A stretch of DNA of 55,734 bases, filler included, from Catajapyx aquilonaris (GCA_000934665.2; 3 parts of 3 records of this genome joined end to end with filler, not necessarily neighbours in it), one strand, 5' to 3'. Shown: positions 34,495 to 48,430, counted from the first letter of the whole stretch. The notes: generated by a model from the sequence alone, not told the origin. A program made the numbers and translations.

Positions 34495-36136
34495 CTACTT
34501 GTTGGTGTCAATTCCGCTGTACTGACGAAAGAGTTTGACCACATCGTCGTACAGCAAAGGGACGACGTTTCTGGCCACGACGAAATCCCCGTGGCTGAAG
34601 AGAGGCCACTTGACCTGGAATGACCCGACCAGGTTGGGAAGCTGGTCAGCTAGAGTCTGCACGTCCTGTAGGAAATATAAAATATTTAAAATTGGAATTA
34701 AAGGCAACACAAGAAAAGACTGACCTTCGGATGTGCTACCCAGTCATTGAGCCCCCAAAACATGGCCACAGGAGCTGTGACGTTCCCCAGGTTGTAAAGA
34801 GGCGGTGATGCCGAGTTGTACCGGCGGAGGTTCTCCTCAGGTCCGAAGTCGTACTTGCGAACCACACCACTTTCCTTAGACTGTATGATATGTAGGAAAG
34901 TGCGAAACGAAACACCAGACGGAATGTACGACAGAGCTTCTGCTGCTTTCTCCTAGAGTGAATGAGTGATGTTGGCTCAAATTATGGGAACAGTCTGAGT
35001 TACACAAAATATACACAGAATACAGAAATGTGTACTTGCCGTATCAACTTCGTCCACGTCGAATCCGAAAACCAATTGAAGGAGACTAAAGCAAATGACC
35101 TTAGTGTAGCGGTTCTTCAGACAAAATGACCGCAACATTTGATGTAATTCGGGGAACGGGAATCCGAGGTACATTATTCCTAAGCTCGTAAACATATTCT
35201 GGAAAATTAGAATAAGGATGCTTATTGACCTTCAGGTGGGTTTTAACCAGTAGATTCATCTTGACTTGTTGCAAAGGTGCATACTCACGGACAGGTCATT
35301 CAAAACCGACACTGGTGGCAAGAGTTGGAATGCAGGTGCTTTGGCGTTGACAGGAGCTGCGGGTGATGCCATCATGATGCCAAGGAAGACCTTCGAGTTG
35401 TACTCGGGTCTTCCGGACAAGGATCCGTACAGTAAGACGCCTCCCAAGGAGTGTCCAATGTAGCCCACCTTCTGCTGACCTGTCCTGTCCAGTATGTAGT
35501 CCATCACAGCTGGCATATCAATGGTGGACATCTCGTCCACACCGTACTGCCAGAATTCGGGTTGCTCCGGGCTCATCTGCACGTGTCTTCTGGAGTGAGG
35601 TGTTCCTCTCTGGCTAAACAGCCAGAGGTCAAACCCAGCATCAGGCAGGATGTAACCTTTTAAGAATGGGGAAATAGCCTACACTCTACACACTGTATTA
35701 ATTTTGATCACTGATTATTATCATAATAATTATGGTATTTACCTAAACTTCTTGAAGGTGGGCCAATCAGGTAGCTCATCACCGAATCTCCCATTCCGTG
35801 TGTTAAGAGGACTGGTGGTCTCCTGGTGTTGTTGAAGGGTGATGTACCGTGAGGTATGCGATAGAGTGACAGGATGTACCCATCGGGTGTTGTCACTTTG
35901 TGGTCTTCGCATGGGTATCCTTTGGCTCGGACATACCCGCACTTGTTGAAGTAAACACAGCAAGTAATCACATGTAAGAGTACCAACAACCACAGTTTCT
36001 TGGTGTAAGCAGGTGTAATACTCACAATGTCGTTTCCTTCCCATACAGAAAAATTAAACAATCTCATAGAATCCGTCCCAAGTATGAGCGTCGCCGCAAT
36101 TAGAAGCGACTGCAGTACATCCATGGCTGTTATCAT
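34495..36136 (-). CDS. Acid lipase family, copy 2 (tandem paralogue), ~411 aa
   Basis: Exons 36136-36026, 35941-35743, 35656-35289, 35198-35040, 34952-34725, 34665-34495; exon 2-6 lengths identical to copy 1; GHSLG, NDWVA, FSHGDF. Start may be ATG 36124. Confidence 0.92.
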
Positions 36137-37007
36137 GTAACGCTGTCAGCAACCATTAATGACTTACTTATAACATTAAAATGAGCAAGCACCATGCAGC
36201 CTTTTCCCGCTTACTTCTATAAGCTATATCTTGTTATCTCACAGCTGCACCGAGTATCTATCACCAGCCAAAGTTGAATAATTGTACAGATCTGGTACAG
36301 ATCATACCTGAAGCAAACACGGAAGTTTGACCATCTTGTGTGCGTGCATTGCGGCTACCTGCATGATGACACGTAAGTGGAGGGAAAATGGTGTAAAAAT
36401 AATCCAGTTTATGACCAGTGCGGTCTTGAAACATTGCCGTAATTATAATTATTATGCAGGTAGCTTGCACGCACTGACTAACACTATACGGGCAAAAGCA
36501 TATTGAATTTCTATACGATTGTGTGAATGTGGGAAAAACAGAGGCAGGTTCGGATGAAGACACTCTTCACCTCATGAATTAAAATGAATAATTACATCAA
36601 TAAATGAGAGGATGGCCCTTGGCATGTCCCGGGCCAGACACGTCTTAAATGCATAAGAATAGGAAAAACATAAATCAGTATTTTTTAAAAAAAATGTTAT
36701 GCTGCCCTCGAATTATCTCACAACATTATTGCACCAAGTATCCACCAGCCAGACACTTGAAGAGTTGAAGCAAATGCGGAAGTTACTTGCATATCAGCAA
36801 TACGGCAGCTTGCATGTCATGAAATATGGGGAAAAAAGTGTAAAAATAATTCATTAAATGATTTGAAATTACGGCTGTCAACAGTAACATATGAGCAGGT
36901 AGCTTGCATGTGTGACCCGAGCGGCAGGGTACGCACATAAGAAAATCAAGATGGGTTACGTTCAAGCACAGTCTGTTTATTTTCAATCAAATGAGTACGT
37001 AAGGATA

Positions 37008-37107
37008 NNNNNNNNNNNNNNNNNNNNNNNNNNNNNNNNNNNNNNNNNNNNTTAATTAATTAANNNNNNNNNNNNNNNNNNNNNNNNNNNNNNNNNNNNN
37101 NNNNNNN
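37008..37107. other. Artificial contig-joining spacer
   Basis: 44 N + TTAATTAATTAA + 44 N. Confidence 0.95.
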
Positions 37108-37249
37108 GGGACATGTTTCGAAGTGCAGTGGTTGAGAAGTTGTAGTTCCGTCCCTGCTGGGTCCTACTCTTGATTCGATTGCTGCTGGTCAGAAATATCG
37201 GAAGTTGTATTAGTTAAGTCTCGGCGTTACATCCAGAACCAGCAATGTG

Positions 37250-38001
37250 ACCGAACACAATAGGACGTAGTCTTGCAGGTGACATTAACCACACATGTGA
37301 TGCCGTATTATATAGAAGAATATTTCATGAAATTCACAAAGGTATTTCACATTTTCATTGAAAATTTCTTATCATTTCGAGCATATACATTGGATACGTC
37401 GGAACATGATATCAAATAATGTGTGACCGATATTGCAAATATTTTTATGACATTAACTCTTCTAAGAACCAATAGTTAGTATAAACAATCTAGTCATTCC
37501 CAAAGTAGAGTTCGAGGAAGTAACATAGTCTCGAAAATGGGGAAGAGAGGCAGTACCTTCTTTATCGCAACCAACTCAATCACCGCCTAGAGTAGACAAT
37601 TAGGCAGCAGATACGTACCAATCCAGAATTATGCATGATTTGTCATTATTCCTAACACCGAAATGTAGGCTGTACCTCTCAGACTTTTATGAATATCAAG
37701 AACCAGCATATTCCTGATTCGTTTACGACAACCAACTCGTTTATTTACAGAGAACTGTCGCACTTCTTCCTCCAAAAAAACACAAACACACACACTGTGC
37801 AATATCAACAGCAAAGTACACCGGGTACTGTCCGCTGACTATTACGGACCCTATAAATCTCAATGTAAAAATAGCAGTGAGAATGACCAATAAGTAGGAC
37901 AATTCTCGCTGACATTCACGTACAGGCAGCAAAGATGACCAACTAATCATACACCGAGACGAGTACTGCAGGCCCAAAAGCAATAGAGATATTTGAGTCA
38001 T
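37250..38001 (-). pseudogene. Decayed gustatory-receptor-like exon 1
   Basis: Stop- and frameshift-riddled hydrophobic frames; KYLCEFMKYSSI*YGITCVV resembles the pre-TM5 segment YFSLCRLTEEVSRLYGHVAC of the intact GR; shares ATTCTCGCTGACATTCAC with 43551. Confidence 0.45.
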
Positions 38002-40426
38002 TCCATAATTATGTCAGACACTGCTGAGTCATTTTAGCCATTTTGGGTCCAGGTCAGATCCGGAGGAACATTCCGATCAAAATGTCGCACTGCTGGTCAC
38101 ACCTTTTCTAAACACTGACAAGTCCTACCTGTATAGGCGCTCATCTGATAAGTTTTATTTTTTCACTCATATTTAAAGTGAGATTTTTGCAATGCAGCGA
38201 TTGTCCTGGGATTCGCAAGAAATATGCATTAGTCTCGTGTCTGTGACAATCTTTGTTGCTGTAGACAGTGTAGAGAATTGGTAATTTTCTTTTCTTCCTG
38301 ACACTAAATGTCCATTTGGATGGACATCCGAAAAAAGTTTTTTTTTTTTAGCTGAATGGGCTGTGACTTTTCTTTAAGCGACGCGACGGTACCTATATAC
38401 GCCCACAAGGAAGTGCGCTTTTCACTACAGTTCAGTTTTAAAATCTATAGAACGGCGAGGTACCATGCTATGAGGTCAGCAGGAGGGAAGGAGCAAGGCC
38501 CATGCCTGGAGTGGTGGCCTTTCGAATAACTTCAAATTTATCTTTAATTGTCTTCTGAGAGGAACTGCTTCCACAAATGAATGTAAAAAAAAAAACATTG
38601 TTTGGAGGTTAGAGCACTATATGTGAGTGATCAATTGAGTGGCATTTAACTTTTCAACATTTTTCCATTCTGCTTTGTAGCATCAATTGAGTCCCAATGT
38701 TCTCATTGGTTGTTTGTCGTTATTTATGTAGGGTAAACATTTTAGAATAACAATTTTTTTCTCGTTTCTTATTGGGAAATGTTCAGAAAGTTCCCCATTG
38801 CATCTCGGTATTTAAAATCTCTCTCTATTTACGTTTCAGCTGCTGTCATTTGGAAGCGCCCTCTATGGTATCGTCACCGTTTCGGTGACAGTGGCAAAAC
38901 ATGGAGGGACGTTTGTCACTGATGACGGGGGCTTGGTTGACGAGGGGGTAGCTGGTACGTTCTACTTAGGCTCCTGCCATCAAATTAAGATTTTGGGTAC
39001 AACTAATTACGCTTTAACTATTATTTGCAGAGAAAATGGTGACTGGATTGGATTTATCTATGTTAGGCCTATGGGCCATCTGGCTATTCTTTGGTGTGTG
39101 GAAGGAGGTTCGCCAGGTAGTGTATATGTACGGTAGTGACGCTGGACATTTCTAGTGAATTGGTGGAATTACTTGTATTTTCGTCGCGTTTTAACTTAGC
39201 AACGCCATCTTCATTGCGTGCAGGTGTGTACAATGCTGGCCAAGGGCAGGTGGTTCCACCTCGTATAGGAAGTTTTGATCTCATAACATTGCGAATATGA
39301 TCTCGAGTTAGCCAGAAAATGGTTGTCATATAAGCTTATACGGTATAGACATCTTTATAATACGTGATTGATGATTCTTTCCAGCGCCGAGGCACTTCAT
39401 ACATTCACGTGTGGTTGGGGATGCACATAACTGCAGCAGTGGACGTATCGGCGGATTTGGTGGCAGAAATGGTATTGGACAACACCACCATTTTCGCCAT
39501 GTCAATATCGTTGGGTATTGAATTGGTGATTTCTACACACGTGGCCCTTGTGTTGTTGACCTATATCCAGGTAATATTGAGAGAGAGAGAAAAACACGCA
39601 CACACTTCTACTCAGTACCTCACCCTTTTAACTATTTCTTTCAGAAAACCAAGGCCGAGAAGAAGTTGGGGCATCAGGGGGTTTGTACCGTTGAAACTGC
39701 AGTGTAACCAGCAGATAAAATACACAGTTACAAGGCCTCCAGTAACTCCCTTCCTTTTTTTTCCTCTTGCAGCGCTCAAAGTATAACTCTTTGAGCCAGA
39801 AGTTTCGCTGTATAGGAATTATTCGTCCTGATTTTCACTGATCGATATCATTTATCATGTGCAACTCGTTGTCATCTCAACAAGGTACTGAGGCAGGAGT
39901 CAGACGGAAAATGTTTGGGATATGTGCGAATACAAAATACCGATATAATGTTATTTCTAACTGCAGGCCTGGTTGCACAATATTAAATAGGATTTATCAC
40001 TTATTCATCGTTGCGATCAATGCCGAAATCCAATTCAATTCCTCATTAAATTAATTCCATAGGTCAAGTCCATTCCGAATTGTAAACATTTATTTCTACT
40101 TCAATTCTCATTTCCCAAATGCAATGAATCCATAGCCCAAGTTAATTTATTCTATTCCTCTGGTCAAGGGAATTTAATGCACACAATTCAAATCAATTCA
40201 AGTAAGAATGTTCTTTCTCAACAACCATTCCATTCACTACTTTGAAATTAAGTCCGAATTGGATATATATTGTGACCATCACACTGTCGTATGTGACAGT
40301 ATATGTGATGCATGTATCATAAAATAACTGGTGTAATATGTTACCACTTTCCACTTATTCAGGGCTAATGAACGTACCATGTAATCCACAATTTATATCG
40401 CTTTTTCCCTAATCTTATTTTTGCAG

Positions 40427-41063
40427 TAGGGTAATGAAATATCAAGGAACCGAGTACAGAATTGGAACATTTGTAATCATTGGTATGTGCAACAATGGCC
40501 TTCCGCAGTTTGGGAACATAACAAACATTATTGTGTCCGACAGTGAGAAGTGGTATTTTTTGGTGCAAGTCTTTGACACTGAATATTTTTACCATCGCCT
40601 TTATGCTTTTGTTGTAAAAAAAACACTGGAGAAAATTGTTGTCCATATAGACGATATTTTAGATCATAGTGCTCTCGACTGCCACAGATGTGATGGTTCA
40701 AGTTTAATCAGATTGAAATATCACGTATTTAAATAAATGTATGATTCCGAGCAGAACATGTTCATTTTAATTTTCAAGTTTTTCCCACATATATGCAGCA
40801 TATCCTGTGAGGTGACACCATTTGTGTATCTGAGGTACACAAATGGTACACACAAATGTGCAGGCCCAACATCAACACAAACATTGTGTACCAAAAAAAA
40901 GACGTACACATAATTGTGTATGTCACACAAATACACAGTTATTGTGTACCTGAATTCCTTACACAAACAATGTGTACCTTTCCTTCCAAGTACACACCAA
41001 CGTGTAAGTTCAAAATCAACACAAATTTTGTGTACTGGTGGTACACATTTTTTCCAGAGAGTA
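40427..41063 (+). mobile_element. CMC/EnSpm(CACTA)-like transposon 3' remnant: transposase last exon plus subterminal repeats
   Basis: ORF 40434-40736 (YQGTEYRIG...LPQFGNI...HRLYAFVV...LIRLKY) fits the C-terminus of animal EnSpm-type transposases as I recall them; followed by many GTGTAC/GTACAC repeats and terminus TTTTTTCCAGAGAGTA. Confidence 0.6.
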
Positions 41064-41066
41064 TAA

Positions 41067-44000
41067 TTATAGCGATAGCACACTGACAGTTAGTAGTAGT
41101 ACGTAATGAAATGCTTCGATCTGCCAAACAATGTGAGATGTCAGTATGATATGCCATATACTACAGTACGGATGCTCTAGAAACCTCTCTGCTGGCCTTG
41201 ACTCAGCATCAACGAGGACAGCAGCATTGTCATGTGGTACAGTAGATGTGAGCATGTGACCATGTGAGAGCCGTTGAAGGTATATATACGAACGCCATTT
41301 TTAAAAACTGACATTAGCTAGATAAGAAAAACTGCGTGACACACTTATCTCCACAGCCAATTGTAATTCCACAGAAACACTGTTTTTGAAAATCCCGCCA
41401 TGTATACCATAACCTATAAAAATCGCTAAATAAACTAGGCAAACAAACAATATTTTAAGTAAAACTAGTAATCTCAAACAGTGGCTTAGTACCAGACGCT
41501 AATGCACACAAAAAATACTGTATATTGTATTAATTTTCTCAAAAATTAGTAACACAAGATTGATGAGGCTTAAAATGTCTGAAAGCAGCCTCATCAACAC
41601 TGCCACAAACACATCATTATTACAAATCGCAACAGCACCACAACAGCAATGCATCAGTAGTTTTTCACGCTCGACTGACAACCCGACTGATGCAATAAAT
41701 GAAGCATCTAATTATAACATTGAACAATACGCCAATCTTAAGACCTGCTCAAATAAGCTGATAGTAGAAAGCAATAATCAGGTTATTCAGTTCATATGCA
41801 ACAACATTGTCTCATCGCATAGTACTGTTAATAGTATACTGGGGTTGGTAAATCCATATTTTATGCGCCAAACATTATAACGTAATTATTTCAAACTAGA
41901 GTATCTATATTAATATCTGCTGTGTAAAACGTCAGAAGAAGCTTGAAGATCGCCCTGCGGCGTCATTGTTCCAACCATTTTTGAGCAGTTAATGTATCAT
42001 ATCAACGTGATGATCAAGTTCTGGTACAAAGTCAGAGAAAAGCACCTGCCATTGCAAAGTATGTCCACTGCCATAATGCAGGGAACCATTTATAGTCGGG
42101 CGGGCAGGGACCAGATATATTCATATAATAATGCCTCCTGCAGCATAGAAAACGATAAGATCAACAATGCACAGTATTTACAGTACCTTCCGACATAAGT
42201 ATGACAGCATGAATACACAGACTCTGATAGGACACTTGGCCCTGCAACTAGTAGGAACTAGTAGGAACAAGAAACTGGAAAGCACAACAAATTAAGACAT
42301 CTCTCCCGGTGAGTTAAGTTCTCCCACAATGACAGTAATGCCAGCTGGAAGGAGATCCTGGCCCACTCACGCATCGGTGACCTAAATAAAGATATCGCAT
42401 TTTTACCAAAAGAAAATTAATTGCACCTAACGACCATCTGATTTCCGATCGACAACATCCATGAGCAAGAAGTGACGTTCACGTCGATGACAATCAAAGC
42501 CAAAATCATGCACCAAGTAAGAGTTCATGTACGACTATAGTGTTCCAGACACAACCAGTAAGAACATTACTGCATTACATTCTTGAAATTGCATAATTTC
42601 ATTGGAGGATACATCATGAGGAGATACAGAGAAAAGTTATCTGCCATTCTTCACATAACAAATCAGTGACTTCATACAAAATTGTCAAGGTTCATCTCAT
42701 ATTTTTTTCCCCATTATAGACTGATCATGAATTGCATTTCTCTCCAGGTCCGGCTCTACAGGTAACTTATGAGCAACATTTACAATAGGCTCTAAACAAT
42801 TAATATTGCAAAAAATATTCCAGGTTTCTCGCATTATTTTTATGCCCACAAATATATTATATGTATGTCAGAGTCTCTAATTAGTTCAAACTACCCCAAT
42901 GTGCAGTAGAGGAACACTGTATAGTGATCACATAATGTAGTAGACTCTCATGTATTAGCCATATACAACTCTCTACTCAAGAAAATTAACATGCCCTTCA
43001 CATAAGAGTACATGCATATCGAAAGATATTGCCAAAATACCAACGAAGCAATTCCTAACTAATAATACGACAAAAACCATAATATTCATCTCATTTGTAC
43101 CTCAGAAACCAAATGAAATATGTAAAATATCAAAGTCAAAATCATTATTAAGAATACAGTGCTCCAAGTGACCACTATGGTTCTACTACCAGAACACTTA
43201 TTTATATGTGCTGCCTCTTTAATTTGTGAGCCAGGAACAACCCTTGTCCACCCTTGTCTCCTGGGTTGGTAAACAGATGAAAAAACCCTCATTCATATAA
43301 AATAATGTGACGAACCTTATGTGTTACTTGCTACACGATAATAATAAATCTCTCATTTTTAATGGAGGATTGCCACTGTGCACACAGTGCACTACGACAA
43401 ACAAAATCACAATCATCAAAGTGAGATATTTATTTTGGAAATTTAATAAAAGGCAAGGAGTGACACAATGTATAAGACTGCATGATGACAATTACAGACC
43501 CTCAAATCTCAATGTAACAAATTAGTGAATCTTACCAAAAGGAAATAACTATTCTCGCTGACATTCACTGCGTACAGAGTGATCGATAATATCCAGGATT
43601 TACCTTCCGACAGCAGTAGTAAGAGCATGACTTCAGACAGGCTTTGATATATAATTATGCCAATTGGCACTCCAGCAAGTCAGAAAAAAAAGAGAGCAAC
43701 AAATGACACCATATCTCTCTCAATTTAATATGTTCAGGTGAGATAATTATGTCCTCTCACAATGAACCATAATGTAACATGTTAATCCATGTATGTCAGA
43801 TGCCCGGAAAATTGAGGAATACAATTTGACTGTCTCTCTTGCGTCATTTATATACCTTAACCTCTACTGTTAAAGGCATACGACGACATTTCCTAACCCA
43901 AACGAGGATGATTGAATATTGCCTGCCAAAGTAGATATTAGCACTTATAGACCATGCAAGGGGAGCTATGATATACTTCCATCAGTCCAATCGATTGCAT

Positions 44001-47000
44001 CAAGGAACAAGATCACTGATTGATGTGATTTGCCAATTTATCTGGGTTTTTTCTGCATTGTTATCAAAGAAACTAACCAAAATTTTTACCAATGTGATGA
44101 AGTAAGTGCCTGCCATTTTAACCTCACTGTAAATAGTTTCTCTCACAGAGCATGCAAGACTGATGTTTTTGCATTCACCTGCAGGCTTATGCAGGTGCCT
44201 AGACCTGCCCTCTGCGCTAGAAAATCATTATCAGACGAGGATGCCCAGTTGGAAGCAACTCGCACTGCTTGTGAGTATCTCTCATATTTGACCAAGAGAT
44301 TATTTACTGTAACGGTACGGTATGTGGCTTTTCACATCCTCACTCCCTTCGCTTTCTTGCAAACTCACGTGGGGTGAACTGGGCCAATACCAACAACTTA
44401 CTATAGATCCAATCCCAATGAAGCTATTTTCCCTTCCATAGCAGCTGAAGTCACCATCTTTATGTAATAAATGATAAGGCACTCTTTTTACATATTAGGG
44501 CGAAACTGACGTTCCTATGCTGAAGAATATGCTTCTAAAAAATGACCAACGAATAACGTGGTCAAACTCCATAGAAACACTGTGAGAAGGAAATGGCAAG
44601 CAACCACTGATTTCCTATTGCGGGAAACTTGTCTGTAGGAAGGCCTGCAGATATCGTCCACATGAGACCTGCTACCTTTTACCACACACCAGGAGACAAA
44701 ATTACTTGAGACCCATATGACCAGCTACAATAAAACTTCTTGATTATGCTAGATCCAGTGAGAAAAACGCAACGACAACAACCATTTAAGCCTATAAAGA
44801 CAGAGGAGTTGCAGTGTAAAAGATGAAACAGATAGTAAAGTGCGGACATTTCATATATTTTTAAAAGGAATAAACTTGGTCAACCAACAACGACGCCCTT
44901 GGTCATTACCCAATGCAGGAGTCCGTCCTCTGGGATGGATCCCTCCTAGACGATGCAAAATGACAGGCAGATCATCTGGTCTAGATTGCAATGCTCAGCA
45001 GCTTTCGATAATATATTATAAATGCAATAAACTGCATATGGCAACTGCATGTGTTTCATACAGTGAAGAAGGTGACATGTCTGCATTGCCCCTGCTTGTA
45101 GAATGTGTATAACAGTGCCTCCTGCGTATACAGAGCTATATAAGATAAACAATGCACAGTATTTACAGTGTCTTCCGACAGCAGTATAATTATGACATGA
45201 AGACAGGATTTGATAGGCCACCTGGCCCTGCAGCAAGTGATGTCATGGAGCACAACGAATGACGCCAAATTTCCAATTTTTAATCTGTTCATGTGAGATA
45301 TGTCATTCCACAATGAACCATAATGTAACATGTTAATCCATGTGTAGTCAGATGCCATGAAAATTTCGGAATGTAAGAGGGAAATAGACGAAATTAGATT
45401 TTCCAGATCCCAGTGAATTCATCCCACACAGTGTAGCATACTAATGGAAAATTTCAGAAATATGACCGTTGCTAGAGGAAAAAGTATGGAAATGATTCAC
45501 AGGGACACATAAAAAACTACGTGACACACTTATCTCCAAAGCCAATAATTGTGATTCGATAAGAAACACTGCTTTTGAAAATCACGCCATGTATACCATA
45601 CCTAAAAATAGCTAAATAAACATGGCGAATAAACAACATTCTCTTTATCAGTGAAACAATTGATCCCAAATAGCGGCGTAGCAGACGACCAGAATTTTCC
45701 CCCCAAAAATGAAAGTCAGGCTGGAACTGTCATTGGTGTGAAACAGTCAGCTCCACAGAAATTTTCAAACACGGTACCTATCATAACCCGAGAAAATTTT
45801 TCGAACAGTGTTATTTCCAAGGTTATAGCCAACTTGTAAGGACCCAGCCCACATAATGGATTTTAAATTGATAAAATAAGGACGGTTATGTACTCCGGTT
45901 TTCGGCAAAGAACCTCATGTGCATGATGAATTTGCTTTAGGATGCCACATTATTTCACATCATTCACATAATTTCGTTCATTTCCTCACACTTACAGCTA
46001 GATTGGCCCTAACAGTTGACACCAGAGTGCGACATGACCACATACGCTTCAGGACAGGTCGTAACTCATAAGAGGCATGTAATACAGTATACTGTAGGCT
46101 TGGAAATGGGTTGCAGCCCTACTCATGTATAGCGCATGACGCCGTCATGACAAAGTCAGATTACGACTAACAGTCTGCATTTATGGTGTCAGCAATCTAA
46201 GTCCTACATAATGCGCTGACTGTGTACTGTTCCACAGCTTGTTAGTACAGCAGTCAGCACCACACAATTTCTTAGAATATATTCAGTCAGCACATGAGAG
46301 AGATTGTAGTGATAGAAACAACTAGTGAGGACAACTCGCACCACATTGCATGTAAAGTCCCAACAGCAAAATAAGATCACGACGGACGTGAAAATTAAAC
46401 CCTGAAACACTTTGTTCGTTTTAAATTTGCTATACATGGAGTAAACATTTCTCTAGAGATGAATAACATGATGGGGACTAAAAGATTCACAATGAAACAT
46501 CAAGTGACCGACTCTGCAATGCTTATGTTGAAATACAAGTTAAGGATTTGATAGAAATTAAACAATACGCCGCTTTAAAGGGTGAAATTCACGCAGTATT
46601 CAAATGTGTCAGATGAGCAGTTTCAGACGCAGCTCCTCTTGTGCGAGCAAAAGAAGTAAGAATTCTTATACTTTAGAAGAGTATCAAAAGTCAGGATTAC
46701 CTCAGGCTGACTAAAAGAAAACATCATAGTGGGAAAGAACTACATTGTGGTACTTATATCCAGAAAACGAGGTTGCTAACATGCATGGAAGCATGAATGA
46801 TCCGATTCACAACCAGACGCACATGTTGCCGACCTGTTGGTGCTGTAGGGGCGACTCTACGACCACGAAATGAACAAGGATCCAAGAAGCAGCAAAAACG
46901 AAGGAAGACGAAGTGGACCAATACCATCAAGAGCAGCAGCATTGCCGAGGGGAAGGTATGCTGATGGTATGAACAAATCCGGCCATGCTAACCGTGCTAA

Positions 47001-48430
47001 ATAGTACAGTAATTTGAAGGTGGTAATACATACAGTGACTTGCAAGCAACCTGACGTTATAGCAGCTCAAGACTGCCTGTGTTAAGCACTTGTGGCAATT
47101 ACCTTTTGGTGGATCCCAGTGAATTAATGCCCCACACTCGACTGTGCAAGTGGGCCTTTTCAGCCATATGAACGTAGAGGCAAAAATGCGAAATTGAGGG
47201 ACCACATTCACATGAGGCAGGCATAAAATCACGCGACACACTTAACCGTATTATGTCCAAGACTTGGTCCTAAGAAAGTTGTGATCAGACAGAAAAACTG
47301 CAATTAGTCAAATTACCACTGAGATTGAGTGTCTAGAGTGTGAGCACACTGACTGTGAGTCCTACATAATGAATAGGAAAAATACTGATACATTAACAAT
47401 TACAGATTCTAATAATCTCTTCACTTATTATAGTCAGAAGTACCACAAAAATTATTACCTCTTTATGAATATATTAAGAGCATATTAATTGTGTCCAATG
47501 GAGCCTGAAGCATATATCATTTTACTGCTACGGTGGGTGACTATATTTGCACTGTATACAGCATACAGAATTATGGCTTTCCCCTACATCTACACGCATG
47601 TCAAGTAGGCAACAAAGCATCAGAAACTCTCAAACCTCAAAACTGTTATAAGGACCATGAGTTACAATGTGAGAAACATTTCTGCAATTCATTATTGCAA
47701 TTGCATTGAGTTCATTGGAGACCACTTCAGGGCATGAAGCGGAGAAAAGTTAACGGCCATTATCCCTAGTAGATATTTCATCCAAAGGTGACATTTATTT
47801 AATATTTTTTCAGCATCAACTTGGTCAACCAACAACGATTGCACTAGTTGGTCCCCATGAATGGGCTCACATCCTATAGGGAGAGGCACTTCAGCTGGCC
47901 TATTGTAACTCTGCAGACAGCAACAAAGAGAGGGCATAGACAGCTCTCTAATACTAATCAGTAGTCAACTCTTCATATAATTCGATCCACAATATAGCCA
48001 GACATATACTTGGAAGCAATAAAAAGGAAGTACACTAATAAGAATCTGTACACCCAACTCAATTATTATGCGACACAAGAACGGATTGATGACCGTATAT
48101 GTTTGTCGAGTAGCAGAGATATAACTCAAATAGTCAGGATAACTATCACACATTCCATTTACCAGCATAGCAGAGCAAGGACATACCACAAAATTAGACT
48201 CTCAATACAACAGAATTAGCAGCACTGACACTCTGTGTCTATTAGCACACTGCCCTCCATACCCATGGGAGAATGCAGTTCAACAATGACAGAGTCTGAC
48301 TGATGTACCCTGACAGTGTAATAAGTGAGAATTACCACACAAAAAATACTCGACATTCGCAAAATGTATGGTGCGGTATACATAAGGTACATCGGACCAA
48401 ACCACCACGAGACCAAATCATGCACTAGGA
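41067..48430 (-). pseudogene. Array of decayed GR-like pseudogenes
   Basis: LLVLAQF at 44396-44376; 66-nt exon-2-like ASSSDNDFLAQRAGLGTCISLQ|gt at 44244-44179; KMAG..VKILVSFF..N (exon-3-like); VVRVVLTSC..SHVLTE (TM6-like, ~46300); duplicated blocks 42132-42248 / 45116-45235, 43758-43792 / 45309-45343, 41334-41452 / 45519-45640. Confidence 0.55.

Noticed and set aside
38885..39900. Several ORFs and exon-like stretches
   Set aside because: Stops in every extended frame and no recognisable motif.
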